DNA from: Candidatus Bathyarchaeota archaeon ex4484_205
GTDB taxonomy: Archaea > Thermoproteota > EX4484-205
DNA length: 23,003 bases
Direction: 5' to 3'
NCBI GenBank assembly: GCA_002255045.1
Contig: NJEE01000007.1
Coordinates: forward strand, 1 to 23,003
The stretch's first letter is position 1. Every line of letters begins with the position of its first letter. The translations under genes and the position numbers were made by a program. Of the stretch, positions 7,629 through 15,911 are shown piece by piece. The notes beneath the pieces were generated by a model. The model was given only the letters and a program-made list of their open reading frames with translations. It had not been told where the DNA came from and did not search any database.

Positions 7629-7745
7629 TTAAATATTATATAACTCTGAAGCATCTTATCAGTTATTTGTAAATATACAGAGAGGTTTTTATAAAAAGTC
7701 CATCATCTATTCGACAGTTGTCTAACTACTTATCGACTAAATAGG

Positions 7746-7758
7746 AAATATTATATAG
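7746..7758 (+). promoter_or_regulatory. TATA-like box for iorA
   Basis: AAATATTATATAG lies about 24-36 nt upstream of ATG 7782. Confidence 0.35.
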
Positions 7759-7781
7759 AAAACGAATAGGAAAAATCGACA

Positions 7782-9662
7782 ATGGCAAGTAAAGAAGTAT
7801 TACTATCTGACGATGGAACAACAGAGATCCTAATGGGGAATGAAGCCGTGGCTCGAGGAGCATTAGAAGCAGGGGTACAGTTAGTGGCTTCTTATCCTGG
7901 GACACCATCTACAGAGATAACTATCGCTCTATCTAGAGTTGCGAAGAAACTCGGAATATATGTGGAGTGGTCGATAAATGAGATGGTGGCTTTTGAAGTA
8001 GCCTATGGAGCAGCCTTAACAGGATTGCGAAGTATGTGCGGGACAAAACATTTAGGACTCAACTGGAAGCTTGATCCCTTAGTAGTATCTGCATATACAG
8101 GGGTAAATGGAAGCCTAGTGATAGCTGTGGCAGATGATACACATCCACACAGTAGTCAGAATGCGGCAGACACCAGATATCTAGCCAAGTATGCAAACGT
8201 ACCATGCATAGAGCCCACATCACCTATGGATGCAAAGGAAATTACAAAAAGAGCTTTCGAGCTCTCTGAGAAGGTTTCACTTCCTGTAATTGTCAGATTG
8301 ACACCTAGGGTTGCACATGGAAGAGGCATAGTAAAAATGGGAAAACTACCTTATCCTGAGGCCTTTAGAGAGGCAAAATTCGAGAAAGACCCTCGGAGAT
8401 ATGTTGTTATCGCATCCACTGCACGAAGAAGAAAACCTTGGTTAAATGAAAGGATAGATAAGGTTAAGGAAATTTTTTCAGAAGGCTGGAATGAAACTAT
8501 CGAGAATGGGGGGGAATTCGGGGTCATAGCTTCAGGCGTAACCTATCTTTATGCAACAGAGGCTGTAAGAAATAGCAAGCTGAAAGATATAGATCTCCTT
8601 AAACTGATAACAGTGAACCCTCTTCCAGAAAAACCTATTGTGGAATTTCTAAGAGATCATAAAAAAGTTCTCGTACTTGAGGAAAACGAGCCGATTCTAG
8701 AGAGGGAGATCAGATCGTTAGCACAAATGAAGGGATTTAATACAAGAATATATGGGAGGGATAGTGGACACATACCAAGGGCTTATGAACTTAACGGAGA
8801 TATTGTAAATGAAGCGTTACTTAATATAATGGGTATTACCAACCCAATAGTTGTACACAATCCCGGAGATGTAAATAGAAGAATACCTTATCTATGTGCA
8901 GGATGCCCACATAGGGCGAGTTATTATGCGATAAAGAGGGTGCTGAAGAAGAGAGGTGGAGGAATAGTTTTAGGGGATAGAGGATGCTATAATCAGGGAG
9001 TACATCCACCTATAAGAGGAATAGATACATGTATATGTATGGGGGCCAGCATAGGGTTAGCAAATGGGTTCTCACATGCAGGGATAAAGGAGCCTATAAT
9101 AGCAGTTATAGGAGACTCAACATTTATGCATGCAGGTATACCTCCACTTATCAATGCATTATACAATAAAGCCAAGTTTCTAGCAGTCATATTCAACAAT
9201 TCGATCACAGCTATGACGGGACATGAACCTTCTCCACTTACTGGAATTACAGCCTTGGGGGAGGAAACCAGAAAGATAGATCTTCACAGACTTTTGAAGG
9301 GAATTGGTATAGAGTATGTGAAGATTTTAAATCCATTTTACATCAAAGAAGCAGAAGAGGCGATAGAGGAAGGACTGAAATATATAGAGAAAGAGTCTAA
9401 ACCCGCGGTTGTGGTGTTTGAATATCCTTGTGCAATATTGGAGAGAAGAGAGAGACGTGCAAAGGGAATAAAGATAGAGAAACCACAAATAGATTGGAAC
9501 AAATGTGTAAATTGCAGAATTTGCATAAATCAGACTGGATGTCCAGCGTTGGAAATAGATGAGGAGACAGGGAAGCCGTACATTATTAAGGAAGAATGTA
9601 ATGCCTGTGACTTATGTGTGAAAATATGCCCAACAAAGGCTATAGGATATAGAGGTGAATAA
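7782..9662 (+). CDS. iorA: Indolepyruvate:ferredoxin oxidoreductase alpha subunit
   Basis: 626 aa. N-terminal GNEAVARGALEAGVQLVASYPGTPSTEI, a TPP-binding region (GDSTFMHAG...N), and C-terminal 2x[4Fe-4S] motifs (CVNCRICINQTGCP and CNACDLCVKICP). Confidence 0.88.
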   Translation: MASKEVLLSDDGTTEILMGNEAVARGALEAGVQLVASYPGTPSTEITIALSRVAKKLGIYVEWSINEMVAFEVAYGAALTGLRSMCGTKHLGLNWKLDPLVVSAYTGVNGSLVIAVADDTHPHSSQNAADTRYLAKYANVPCIEPTSPMDAKEITKRAFELSEKVSLPVIVRLTPRVAHGRGIVKMGKLPYPEAFREAKFEKDPRRYVVIASTARRRKPWLNERIDKVKEIFSEGWNETIENGGEFGVIASGVTYLYATEAVRNSKLKDIDLLKLITVNPLPEKPIVEFLRDHKKVLVLEENEPILEREIRSLAQMKGFNTRIYGRDSGHIPRAYELNGDIVNEALLNIMGITNPIVVHNPGDVNRRIPYLCAGCPHRASYYAIKRVLKKRGGGIVLGDRGCYNQGVHPPIRGIDTCICMGASIGLANGFSHAGIKEPIIAVIGDSTFMHAGIPPLINALYNKAKFLAVIFNNSITAMTGHEPSPLTGITALGEETRKIDLHRLLKGIGIEYVKILNPFYIKEAEEAIEEGLKYIEKESKPAVVVFEYPCAILERRERRAKGIKIEKPQIDWNKCVNCRICINQTGCPALEIDEETGKPYIIKEECNACDLCVKICPTKAIGYRGE

Positions 9663-9663
9663 G

Positions 9664-10299
9664 ATGGAGAAGTTCTCTCGACGGCTTATATTTATTGGTG
9701 TGGGAGGTCAGGGAGTAGTTTTAGTTACTCGCATAATCTCACAATCGGTAGTTGAAGAGGGATACAGAGTGGTTATTGGAGAAACACATGGACAGGCGAT
9801 AAGAGGGGGAACTACACTTACACATATGCTTTATGGCGAAGAGGAGATATACAGCCCACTTATAATGAAGGGAACTGCAGATGCAATTATTGGGTTTGAG
9901 CCCATGGAGACGGTTAGGGCATTACCATATTTGAGAAGAGGAGGAGTAGTTGTATATAATAGGCATCCGGTGCATCCAGTAACTGTGAAAATAGGAGAGG
10001 AGGAATATCCTACTCCAGGAGAACTTTTCTCTAAAATTAATTCAATAGACGGAAGAGTATATGGGTTAGATGCTACTAAGATTGCAGAGGAGTTAGGAAG
10101 CAGAAGAGTAGCTAATATTTTACTTCTAGGGGTAATGACAGGAGCGTTCGATTTAGGTATACAGCTGGATACTATTAGAGAATCAATAATGAGGAATGTT
10201 CCTCCAGGCACAGTGGAGGCGAATCTTAAAGCCTTCAACAAAGGGATAGAATACGCGAAAAGAGAACAGCCATCAAGAAAACATAAAAACTTTTTATGA
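9664..10299 (+). CDS. iorB: Indolepyruvate:ferredoxin oxidoreductase beta subunit
   Basis: IGVGGQGVVLVTRIISQ...IGETHGQAIRGG is a gamma-like domain. It follows iorA directly. The start is ATG 9664, or GTG 9655 overlapping the iorA stop. Confidence 0.85.
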   Translation: MEKFSRRLIFIGVGGQGVVLVTRIISQSVVEEGYRVVIGETHGQAIRGGTTLTHMLYGEEEIYSPLIMKGTADAIIGFEPMETVRALPYLRRGGVVVYNRHPVHPVTVKIGEEEYPTPGELFSKINSIDGRVYGLDATKIAEELGSRRVANILLLGVMTGAFDLGIQLDTIRESIMRNVPPGTVEANLKAFNKGIEYAKREQPSRKHKNFL

Positions 10300-10315
10300 G
10301 TAATAGAAGTCGCAT

Positions 10316-12262
10316 ATGAGGAAAGCAAGCAGCGAGATGGCACTCCTAGTGGTTTCTGCCCTATCGGATCCACTTAGGTTGAGGGTTATCAGATTACTAC
10401 AGGAGAAAAAACTGAGATATAAAGAGTTAATGAAGGAAGTGGGATTACAGCAGGATAAATCTGGGAAATTCAATTATCATATAGAGAAACTTAAGGAAGG
10501 AGGATTAATTGTGAAGGAGGAAAAGACAGGGAAGTATAAGCTTACTGACCTAGGAGCGAAAGCCCTTGAGGCTTATAGAGAGATAGAAAGAGCAACCTTC
10601 ATGAAAAGTGAAGGATTGAAGGTTAGAAAATCAGAATTAAGAATTGAAAGTTTTGATAAAAATAAAATTAGAGATTATTTGGTTACAGAGGCGGAGATGG
10701 ATGGAGAACTAGCTATGGATATAGCAGATGAAGTTGAGGAAAGACTTTTGTCAGTTCCAGTGAGGTATCTTACAGCGCCCCTAATTCGCGAATTTCTAAA
10801 TGCAATACTAATCGAGAGAGGACTAGAGAGATACAGGCATAAACTTACAAGATTGGGGCTCCCAGTCTATGACGTAAGCAAGAGACTGGAAGAGACAGGC
10901 CATAATCTTGAGGTTAAGACGGAGTCAGGAAATTCTGTCCTAGAGCAATATGTGCTTCTTTCAGTACTACCTAGGGAGGGAGCTGCAGATGCCCATCTAG
11001 CAGGATATATACATTTGAATAGATGTTGGGAATGGTGCATAAGACCTGAAGAAATAGTGCATTATGCCCCACAACTCCTCTCAATGGAACATATTCCGGA
11101 GAAGTGGTTAGTGAACAGTTCCTTTAAGGGAGATGGAATAGGGTGGAATATAAGCCTTCTCTCCGCCGCATTGCAACGAGCGGCATATGAAGTTTCAGTA
11201 GGCCAACTCATAACAGGCTTTAATGAAATTCTTCCGAATGAAATGTCTTCAAAGGACATGGAAGAGCTTAGAAGAGGGCTTTGGAGTCTAATAGTAGGAG
11301 AGAACTCCATTGTACTGAGCATCGGAGAAATCGGAGATAAAAGGACGGAAAATATACTACGTGTACTTAACGAATTAAGAAACAAAATTTTCCTCTCTAA
11401 TGTTAAAATTAACATACATATAAAGGAGGGAGATAATATTGAATCTTTAATTGAGTTAGGTAAAAAAATAGGAAATATTAGAATAATAATGGAGAGAACT
11501 GGTGAAATATCTTGGGGAGGCAGAATTTTAACTCCAAAAAGCGGAGGCTCCTTCACTCTCGATGTAGCAAGAGGAGGAATAGGCGGTAGTGTAGCTATAA
11601 ACCTAGAGAAGATCTTTGAATATGCGGAGAGGAGAGAAACCAGATTCTATCCACGATTTATGAAATTTATAAGAATGGGGGCGCAGGCATTGAAAATCAA
11701 ATCAAAATGCGATAGAGACAATGTCTTGAAAAGAAAACTACCTTTTCTCTCTATGCTCGTAAAGGGAGAGCCTTACCTTCGAATTGAGAATATAAAGTAT
11801 GAAATCCAAATGATTGGATTTCGGAGAATTATGAGTGAGAGTAGGATAGATGTGAAGAAGGTGATCAACTCAGTTAAGGATGGAATAAAAAGATGGCGAA
11901 TGAAGGGGATAGAAATTATCACTTCAAATAAGACATTAGATGAACCCATACATAGATTTAGGAGAATGGAAGAAAGATTCAAGGAATGGGATACGTTTTA
12001 TACTGGAACAGGCGATATACCTCACCTAAGGGAGATATTAGAAGCACATAAGGGAGATGTCCTAGTATATACTAATGCCAGAAATATGGACAAAAATAAA
12101 ATATACGAACTTTTTGATGAGGGAGTGAAGTACATAGAAATGGGTGTAAAAAGAAAGATATGTACAAACTGTGGAGAAATAATGGAGGCGAGTGAAGTGA
12201 TTTGCCCCAACTGTAAAACAAAAACCACATTTTATGCTGGAAGAAAAAACAGATTTTTTTAA
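10316..12262 (+). CDS. Fusion protein with an ArsR-like winged HTH, an ATP-cone, a class III ribonucleotide reductase (NrdD)-like core, and a C-terminal zinc ribbon. It is probably non-catalytic.
   Basis: - wHTH: LSDPLRLRVIRLLQEKKLRYKELMKEV...FNYHIEKLKEGGLI.
- ATP-cone: LKVRKSELRIESFDKNKIRDYL...LTAPLIREFLNAILIERGL.
- NrdD-like blocks: AHLAGYIHLN (compare T4 NrdD AHESGIIHVHD) and WGGRILTP...GGSVAINLEKIF (compare MGCRSFLS...GVVTLNLPRIA).
- Zinc ribbon: CTNCGE...CPNC.
- The T4 sequence is recalled from memory. Confidence 0.7.
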   Translation: MRKASSEMALLVVSALSDPLRLRVIRLLQEKKLRYKELMKEVGLQQDKSGKFNYHIEKLKEGGLIVKEEKTGKYKLTDLGAKALEAYREIERATFMKSEGLKVRKSELRIESFDKNKIRDYLVTEAEMDGELAMDIADEVEERLLSVPVRYLTAPLIREFLNAILIERGLERYRHKLTRLGLPVYDVSKRLEETGHNLEVKTESGNSVLEQYVLLSVLPREGAADAHLAGYIHLNRCWEWCIRPEEIVHYAPQLLSMEHIPEKWLVNSSFKGDGIGWNISLLSAALQRAAYEVSVGQLITGFNEILPNEMSSKDMEELRRGLWSLIVGENSIVLSIGEIGDKRTENILRVLNELRNKIFLSNVKINIHIKEGDNIESLIELGKKIGNIRIIMERTGEISWGGRILTPKSGGSFTLDVARGGIGGSVAINLEKIFEYAERRETRFYPRFMKFIRMGAQALKIKSKCDRDNVLKRKLPFLSMLVKGEPYLRIENIKYEIQMIGFRRIMSESRIDVKKVINSVKDGIKRWRMKGIEIITSNKTLDEPIHRFRRMEERFKEWDTFYTGTGDIPHLREILEAHKGDVLVYTNARNMDKNKIYELFDEGVKYIEMGVKRKICTNCGEIMEASEVICPNCKTKTTFYAGRKNRFF

Positions 12263-13176
12263 AGAGCTCGAAGAATAGAGATGAGTATCGCCATTCTGAC
12301 AGGAACACCAAAGGAAGCTTGCTGAAAATACTTTGCCTGAGGAAGGGAGTCAATTGAAGGAGGAAGCTCCCATGTTCTAGGTAAAGGAGCCAGAATTAAT
12401 AGATCTTCTTTACACTTTTTTAGAATTTCCGGTGAAATAGAATAAGAACTTATGTATTTTTCATAATTCTCTTTAAATCTCTCTTTTTGTAGTCTAACAA
12501 TATAAAGTACATCAAGTTCTGAAATTATACTTCTAATATCAGATATCTCTTCCAAAACAATTTCAGATTCAATACTTTTCCTGAATGGTTCATCTAGTTC
12601 TAGGCCTTTAGGCGATATTAGTTTAAGCTTCACATTATCAAATTTAGTGAGTAGCATAATCAGTGAATGAACCGCCCTACTGTGTTTCAAGTCACCCATT
12701 ATTCCAAAGGTCAAACCATCAGGATTCCCTCTAAATTTATACACGGTATAAATATCGATCAGACTCTGTGTAGGGTGTTCCACACTTCCCGAACCTGCGT
12801 TTATAACGGGCACACCAGCATATCGAATAGCTTTCCGAATAGTCTTTGGATCTTTATGCCTTAAAATCAAGATATCACAGTAATTACCTAGAATTCTTAA
12901 GGTATCCTCCATACTTTCACCCTTGGATATAGAGAGAGTAGAGGGGTCATGGACAACAAGAGGGTAAGCACCGATTTTATGAGCAGCTACTTCAAAGCTC
13001 AGTCTGGTGCGTGTACTTGGTTCAAAAAATAGCAATCCGATCACACGTCCCAATCCTATTTTTTCATACTTTCCTTTTATACAATTATCCACCAATTTGA
13101 ACAACTTTAGAACATCCGTCCTATCCAAGTCGGAGATGGAAGTAAGACCCCCAGACCAGTCGTGGGTCATGACCAT
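12259..13176 (-). CDS. pyrB: Aspartate carbamoyltransferase catalytic subunit
   Basis: 305 aa with FFEPSTRTRLSFE, HPTQSLID, GDLKHSRAVHS and LAPLPR, which are ATCase motifs. Confidence 0.9.
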   Translation of the reverse strand: MVMTHDWSGGLTSISDLDRTDVLKLFKLVDNCIKGKYEKIGLGRVIGLLFFEPSTRTRLSFEVAAHKIGAYPLVVHDPSTLSISKGESMEDTLRILGNYCDILILRHKDPKTIRKAIRYAGVPVINAGSGSVEHPTQSLIDIYTVYKFRGNPDGLTFGIMGDLKHSRAVHSLIMLLTKFDNVKLKLISPKGLELDEPFRKSIESEIVLEEISDIRSIISELDVLYIVRLQKERFKENYEKYISSYSISPEILKKCKEDLLILAPLPRTWELPPSIDSLPQAKYFQQASFGVPVRMAILISILRAL

Positions 13177-13253
13177 AATAGGAATTTTTCAGAATTTTAA
13201 TTTAGAGGTTTTCATTCGAGGAGAGAAAAATCCAGCGAGAAATTAGAAAAGCT

Positions 13254-13260
13254 AATATTG
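13254..13260 (+). promoter_or_regulatory. TATA-like box for the 5S rRNA gene
   Basis: TAATATT is preceded by the purine-rich AGAAAAG (BRE-like) and centred about 26 nt before the predicted 5S 5' end. Confidence 0.35.
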
Positions 13261-13282
13261 GAGGTATCCATTTACTCATAAT

Positions 13283-13403
13283 GGCTGCCGGCCAAAGGGC
13301 TGTGGAACCACCCGTACCCATTCCGAACACGGAAGTTAAACACAGCTCCGTCCTAGGTGGTAGTGAGGTCTTCGGCCTCGCGAAGCCTAGGAAGCTGGCA
13401 GCT
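13283..13403 (+). rRNA. rrf: 5S ribosomal RNA, stand-alone gene
   Basis: Contains the universal 5S core CCCGUACCCAUUCCGAACACGGAAGUUAA. The terminal helix is GCUGCCGGC/GCUGGCAGC. It forms a GC-rich island in AT-rich DNA. The ends are approximate to +/-3 nt. Confidence 0.93.
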
Positions 13404-13476
13404 ATCTCCTTCTGCACTAACGATATAGATCAATCAAGGAAAGGATATAAAGGGGAATTTCATTTATAAAGAGGAA

Positions 13477-14601
13477 TTGAAGCTCGCCACATTAATCCTT
13501 ATAGCACAAGGAAGGGAGGAGGACCCATTTGCATTCATATTTAATCTACTTCTAATAATGATGTTCCTCGTCATTGCTATATGGGGGCAAAAAATTCAAC
13601 TTTCAATGATCCTTAGGGAGATAGAATATGCATTAACCAAAATTAAGGTGATGAGAGATGAGGCTAAAAGGCTTGCGATGAATAAACTTACAAAGATGGG
13701 ATGCGAAAGAGAGGTTGCAGAGAAGTATGCAAATAAGTTCATGGAATACGTAGTAATAGAACCGGTAGATTTGGATCCCACAGGAATAATACCAAAACTA
13801 GATCACTTAATTTCTGTTAGTGACACTAGAGTAAGGGAGGAAATAGCTACCCTTACTCCAGAAGTGGGAGAGAGGGAAAGGAGAAATGTAGAGCATTTAT
13901 TAGAAGCTGCAAAGGAACTTCATACAATATATAGAACAGTGAGGCATTACTACATATTTAGTAAAAGAACCTCAAATTATCTAATTGCTCTTCAGATCCA
14001 TGCACTTTTACCTCAGATCATGCAATCAGCAGAGGCATTGATGGGTGCAGCACATGCATTTAACTTCGGTCACCCAATAGGAGATGGAATAGGAGCCCTT
14101 GTTGCTGCAAGATTAATGTATGGAAAGGAGCAAAGAGAGGTAGCGAGAGATACTTTATTTACGGAGTATAGGGAGGGAAATGTCAGATACTTGGTTATAA
14201 AATCTAAAGGGCCAGGAGGGAACGTTGGAAAGCCTGGTGATGCTGTGAGTGATGTTCTGAAAAAGTATAGAAAAGTCGATCTAGTGATAATGGTGGATGC
14301 AGGGCTGAAACTAGAGGGAGAGAAGACTGGAGAAATTTTTGAGGGGATAGGTGCGGCAATTGGAGGAATCGGTGTGGAGAAATATAAAATAGAAGAGGAG
14401 GTCACAAAAAGAAAGATCCCCATTTATGGAATTATAATAAAAATGTCAATTAAGGAGGCAATAAGCCCTATGACAAAAGAAATAGCGAACACAGCCGATA
14501 AAGTTGTAGAGAGGATAAGAGAGATAGTAAAGGAGAGAATGGGGGAGAAGGGTACAGTACTAGTAGTAGGAGTGGGAAACACTATTGGAGTGGGACAATG
14601 A
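13477..14601 (+). CDS. DUF1512-family archaeal membrane-anchored protein
   Basis: 374 aa with an N-terminal TM segment (FIFNLLLIMMFLVIAIW). The conserved-looking blocks GHPIGDGIGALVAARL, GPGGNVGKPGDAV and GIGAAIGGIGVEK match my recollection of DUF1512. The start is TTG 13477 and is uncertain. Confidence 0.5.
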   Translation: MKLATLILIAQGREEDPFAFIFNLLLIMMFLVIAIWGQKIQLSMILREIEYALTKIKVMRDEAKRLAMNKLTKMGCEREVAEKYANKFMEYVVIEPVDLDPTGIIPKLDHLISVSDTRVREEIATLTPEVGERERRNVEHLLEAAKELHTIYRTVRHYYIFSKRTSNYLIALQIHALLPQIMQSAEALMGAAHAFNFGHPIGDGIGALVAARLMYGKEQREVARDTLFTEYREGNVRYLVIKSKGPGGNVGKPGDAVSDVLKKYRKVDLVIMVDAGLKLEGEKTGEIFEGIGAAIGGIGVEKYKIEEEVTKRKIPIYGIIIKMSIKEAISPMTKEIANTADKVVERIREIVKERMGEKGTVLVVGVGNTIGVGQ

Positions 14602-14613
14602 GGTGAGGGAAGA

Positions 14614-15012
14614 ATGAGTGGAAAAGGAAAGGAATATTCCTTTCTATTGCCTCTATATTTCATGCTATTAGGGGTGATAATAGTTCTTTCAGGAGCATTA
14701 TTGATAATGGGATTAAAAGCAAGTGGAGAAAATACTTTGGATGCAACTATATATACCACTTTAGGTGTTGCAGGTTTTTTCTTCGCTTTTTATAGCATAC
14801 AAGAGGCAAGAAAGAGAATGAAATTGCTAAAGAAGAAGAAAGGGAGAATAATGACAGTGATAAAATGCAAGAAATGTAATCATGTATATGAAAGAGAGTT
14901 TAAGGAGGGAGATTATGTATATAAGAATGCTGGAGATTGCCCACAGTGTGGAGGGAATTCTTTCATATTTTTGATTTATGCCTTTCGTGAGGATAAAAAG
15001 GGAATCACTTAG
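14614..15012 (+). CDS. Small membrane protein with two TM helices and a C-terminal zinc ribbon
   Basis: 132 aa. Hydrophobic segments are LLPLYFMLLGVIIVLSGALLIMGL and IYTTLGVAGFFFAFYSI, followed by CKKC...(17 aa)...CPQC. A GAGGTGAGG Shine-Dalgarno-like sequence lies 12 nt after the DUF1512 stop, so co-transcription is likely. Confidence 0.5.
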   Translation: MSGKGKEYSFLLPLYFMLLGVIIVLSGALLIMGLKASGENTLDATIYTTLGVAGFFFAFYSIQEARKRMKLLKKKKGRIMTVIKCKKCNHVYEREFKEGDYVYKNAGDCPQCGGNSFIFLIYAFREDKKGIT

Positions 15013-15892
15013 TAAGAATCACTACTTTCTCAGGAAGAACTAATATAGTTTCCTCTGCTTGTGAAACCGGTTTATTAGAGGCTTCTACTAATACAGGATA
15101 TGAATGAACTAAATTTATTTCTATAAGATCCTTAAAGTACCTTCTTTCGGAGGAAGATAGCCAACGTATAGTAAATGGAAGGCCATTAAATTTTCTATAT
15201 AATATCAACCATGATTTACGATATTTCGCAGGGGGTTTAAGTCCCTTAATTCTAAATATATAAGAATCATTTCTTTCGACTACATATCCAGCAGCTTCTG
15301 AGTATGTTGCAAATGGCTCCAATGCATATACATTATAAGCTCTAAAACTCCCTCTATTTGTCCATTCAGGGATATTGGGTATGGAATCACCAGTATGAAG
15401 AGTGAATCTCTCTATTCTGTGACCTGTGAGGTTTTGAATCACCTTAAAACCTTTATCAGTAATTTCTCGAGAGACACATTTAGCATAGGAATTAAAGGAG
15501 GACCCTGCATGAATAGTAGAAATGGCTCTATTAAGTGCCATCCTATTGGTTTCGACTATCCTTTTAAATCCCTTACTGAGGGGAAAACTGATGGCAGTAT
15601 CCACTATATAACCATCAATAGAGACCCCGAAGTCTATTTTAACAATGGAATCTGGAGGTAAAAACTCCTTAGATGTGAGGGAGGGAGTGAAGTGAGCTGC
15701 AATTTCATTGATACCGATATTAACGGGAAAGGCAGGTATGGCTCCTTGCTCAATTATGTATCTTTCTATCACTTCACATACTTCTTTTAGCGAGGTTCCC
15801 ACTTTCACAACGTTGGGAAGTATCTTCCTCTTTATTTTGGAAGCTATCTTTCCTGCCTCTTTATATTTCTCTATTGTGTAAGAATTAGACAC
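15005..15892 (-). CDS. map: Methionine aminopeptidase, type 2 (archaeal)
   Basis: YKEAGKIASK...AFPVNIGINEIAAHFTP...DFGVSIDGYIVDTA...GHRIERFTLHTG. A GTG start at 15892 gives 295 aa. The longer ORF to 16063 would overlap the divergent PPAT gene. Confidence 0.88.
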   Translation of the reverse strand: MSNSYTIEKYKEAGKIASKIKRKILPNVVKVGTSLKEVCEVIERYIIEQGAIPAFPVNIGINEIAAHFTPSLTSKEFLPPDSIVKIDFGVSIDGYIVDTAISFPLSKGFKRIVETNRMALNRAISTIHAGSSFNSYAKCVSREITDKGFKVIQNLTGHRIERFTLHTGDSIPNIPEWTNRGSFRAYNVYALEPFATYSEAAGYVVERNDSYIFRIKGLKPPAKYRKSWLILYRKFNGLPFTIRWLSSSERRYFKDLIEINLVHSYPVLVEASNKPVSQAEETILVLPEKVVILTK

Positions 15893-15911
15893 AAAAAAAT
15901 ATTCAAGAGAG

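Noticed and set aside
9831-10373. Long antisense ORFs inside known genes. Examples: 9831-10373, 11062-11556, 14070-14423, 14424-14759, 2626-2958, 5085-5384, 470-760, 17957-18338.
   Set aside because: Each lies opposite a confidently identified gene. They have Ser/Leu/Pro/Phe-rich low-complexity translations and no recognisable motifs, so they are shadow ORFs.
13202-13469. ORFs of 71 aa (minus) and 62 aa (plus) spanning 13202-13469
   Set aside because: They lie across the 5S rRNA gene. The universal 5S core sequence and terminal helix explain this DNA.
13404-13476. Possible ncRNA between the 5S gene and the DUF1512 gene
   Set aside because: The segment is AT-rich with no extended helices. 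It is better explained as a 5S terminator region plus TATA-like elements (GATATAAA at 13443-13450 and TTTATAAA at 13463-13470) for the downstream gene.
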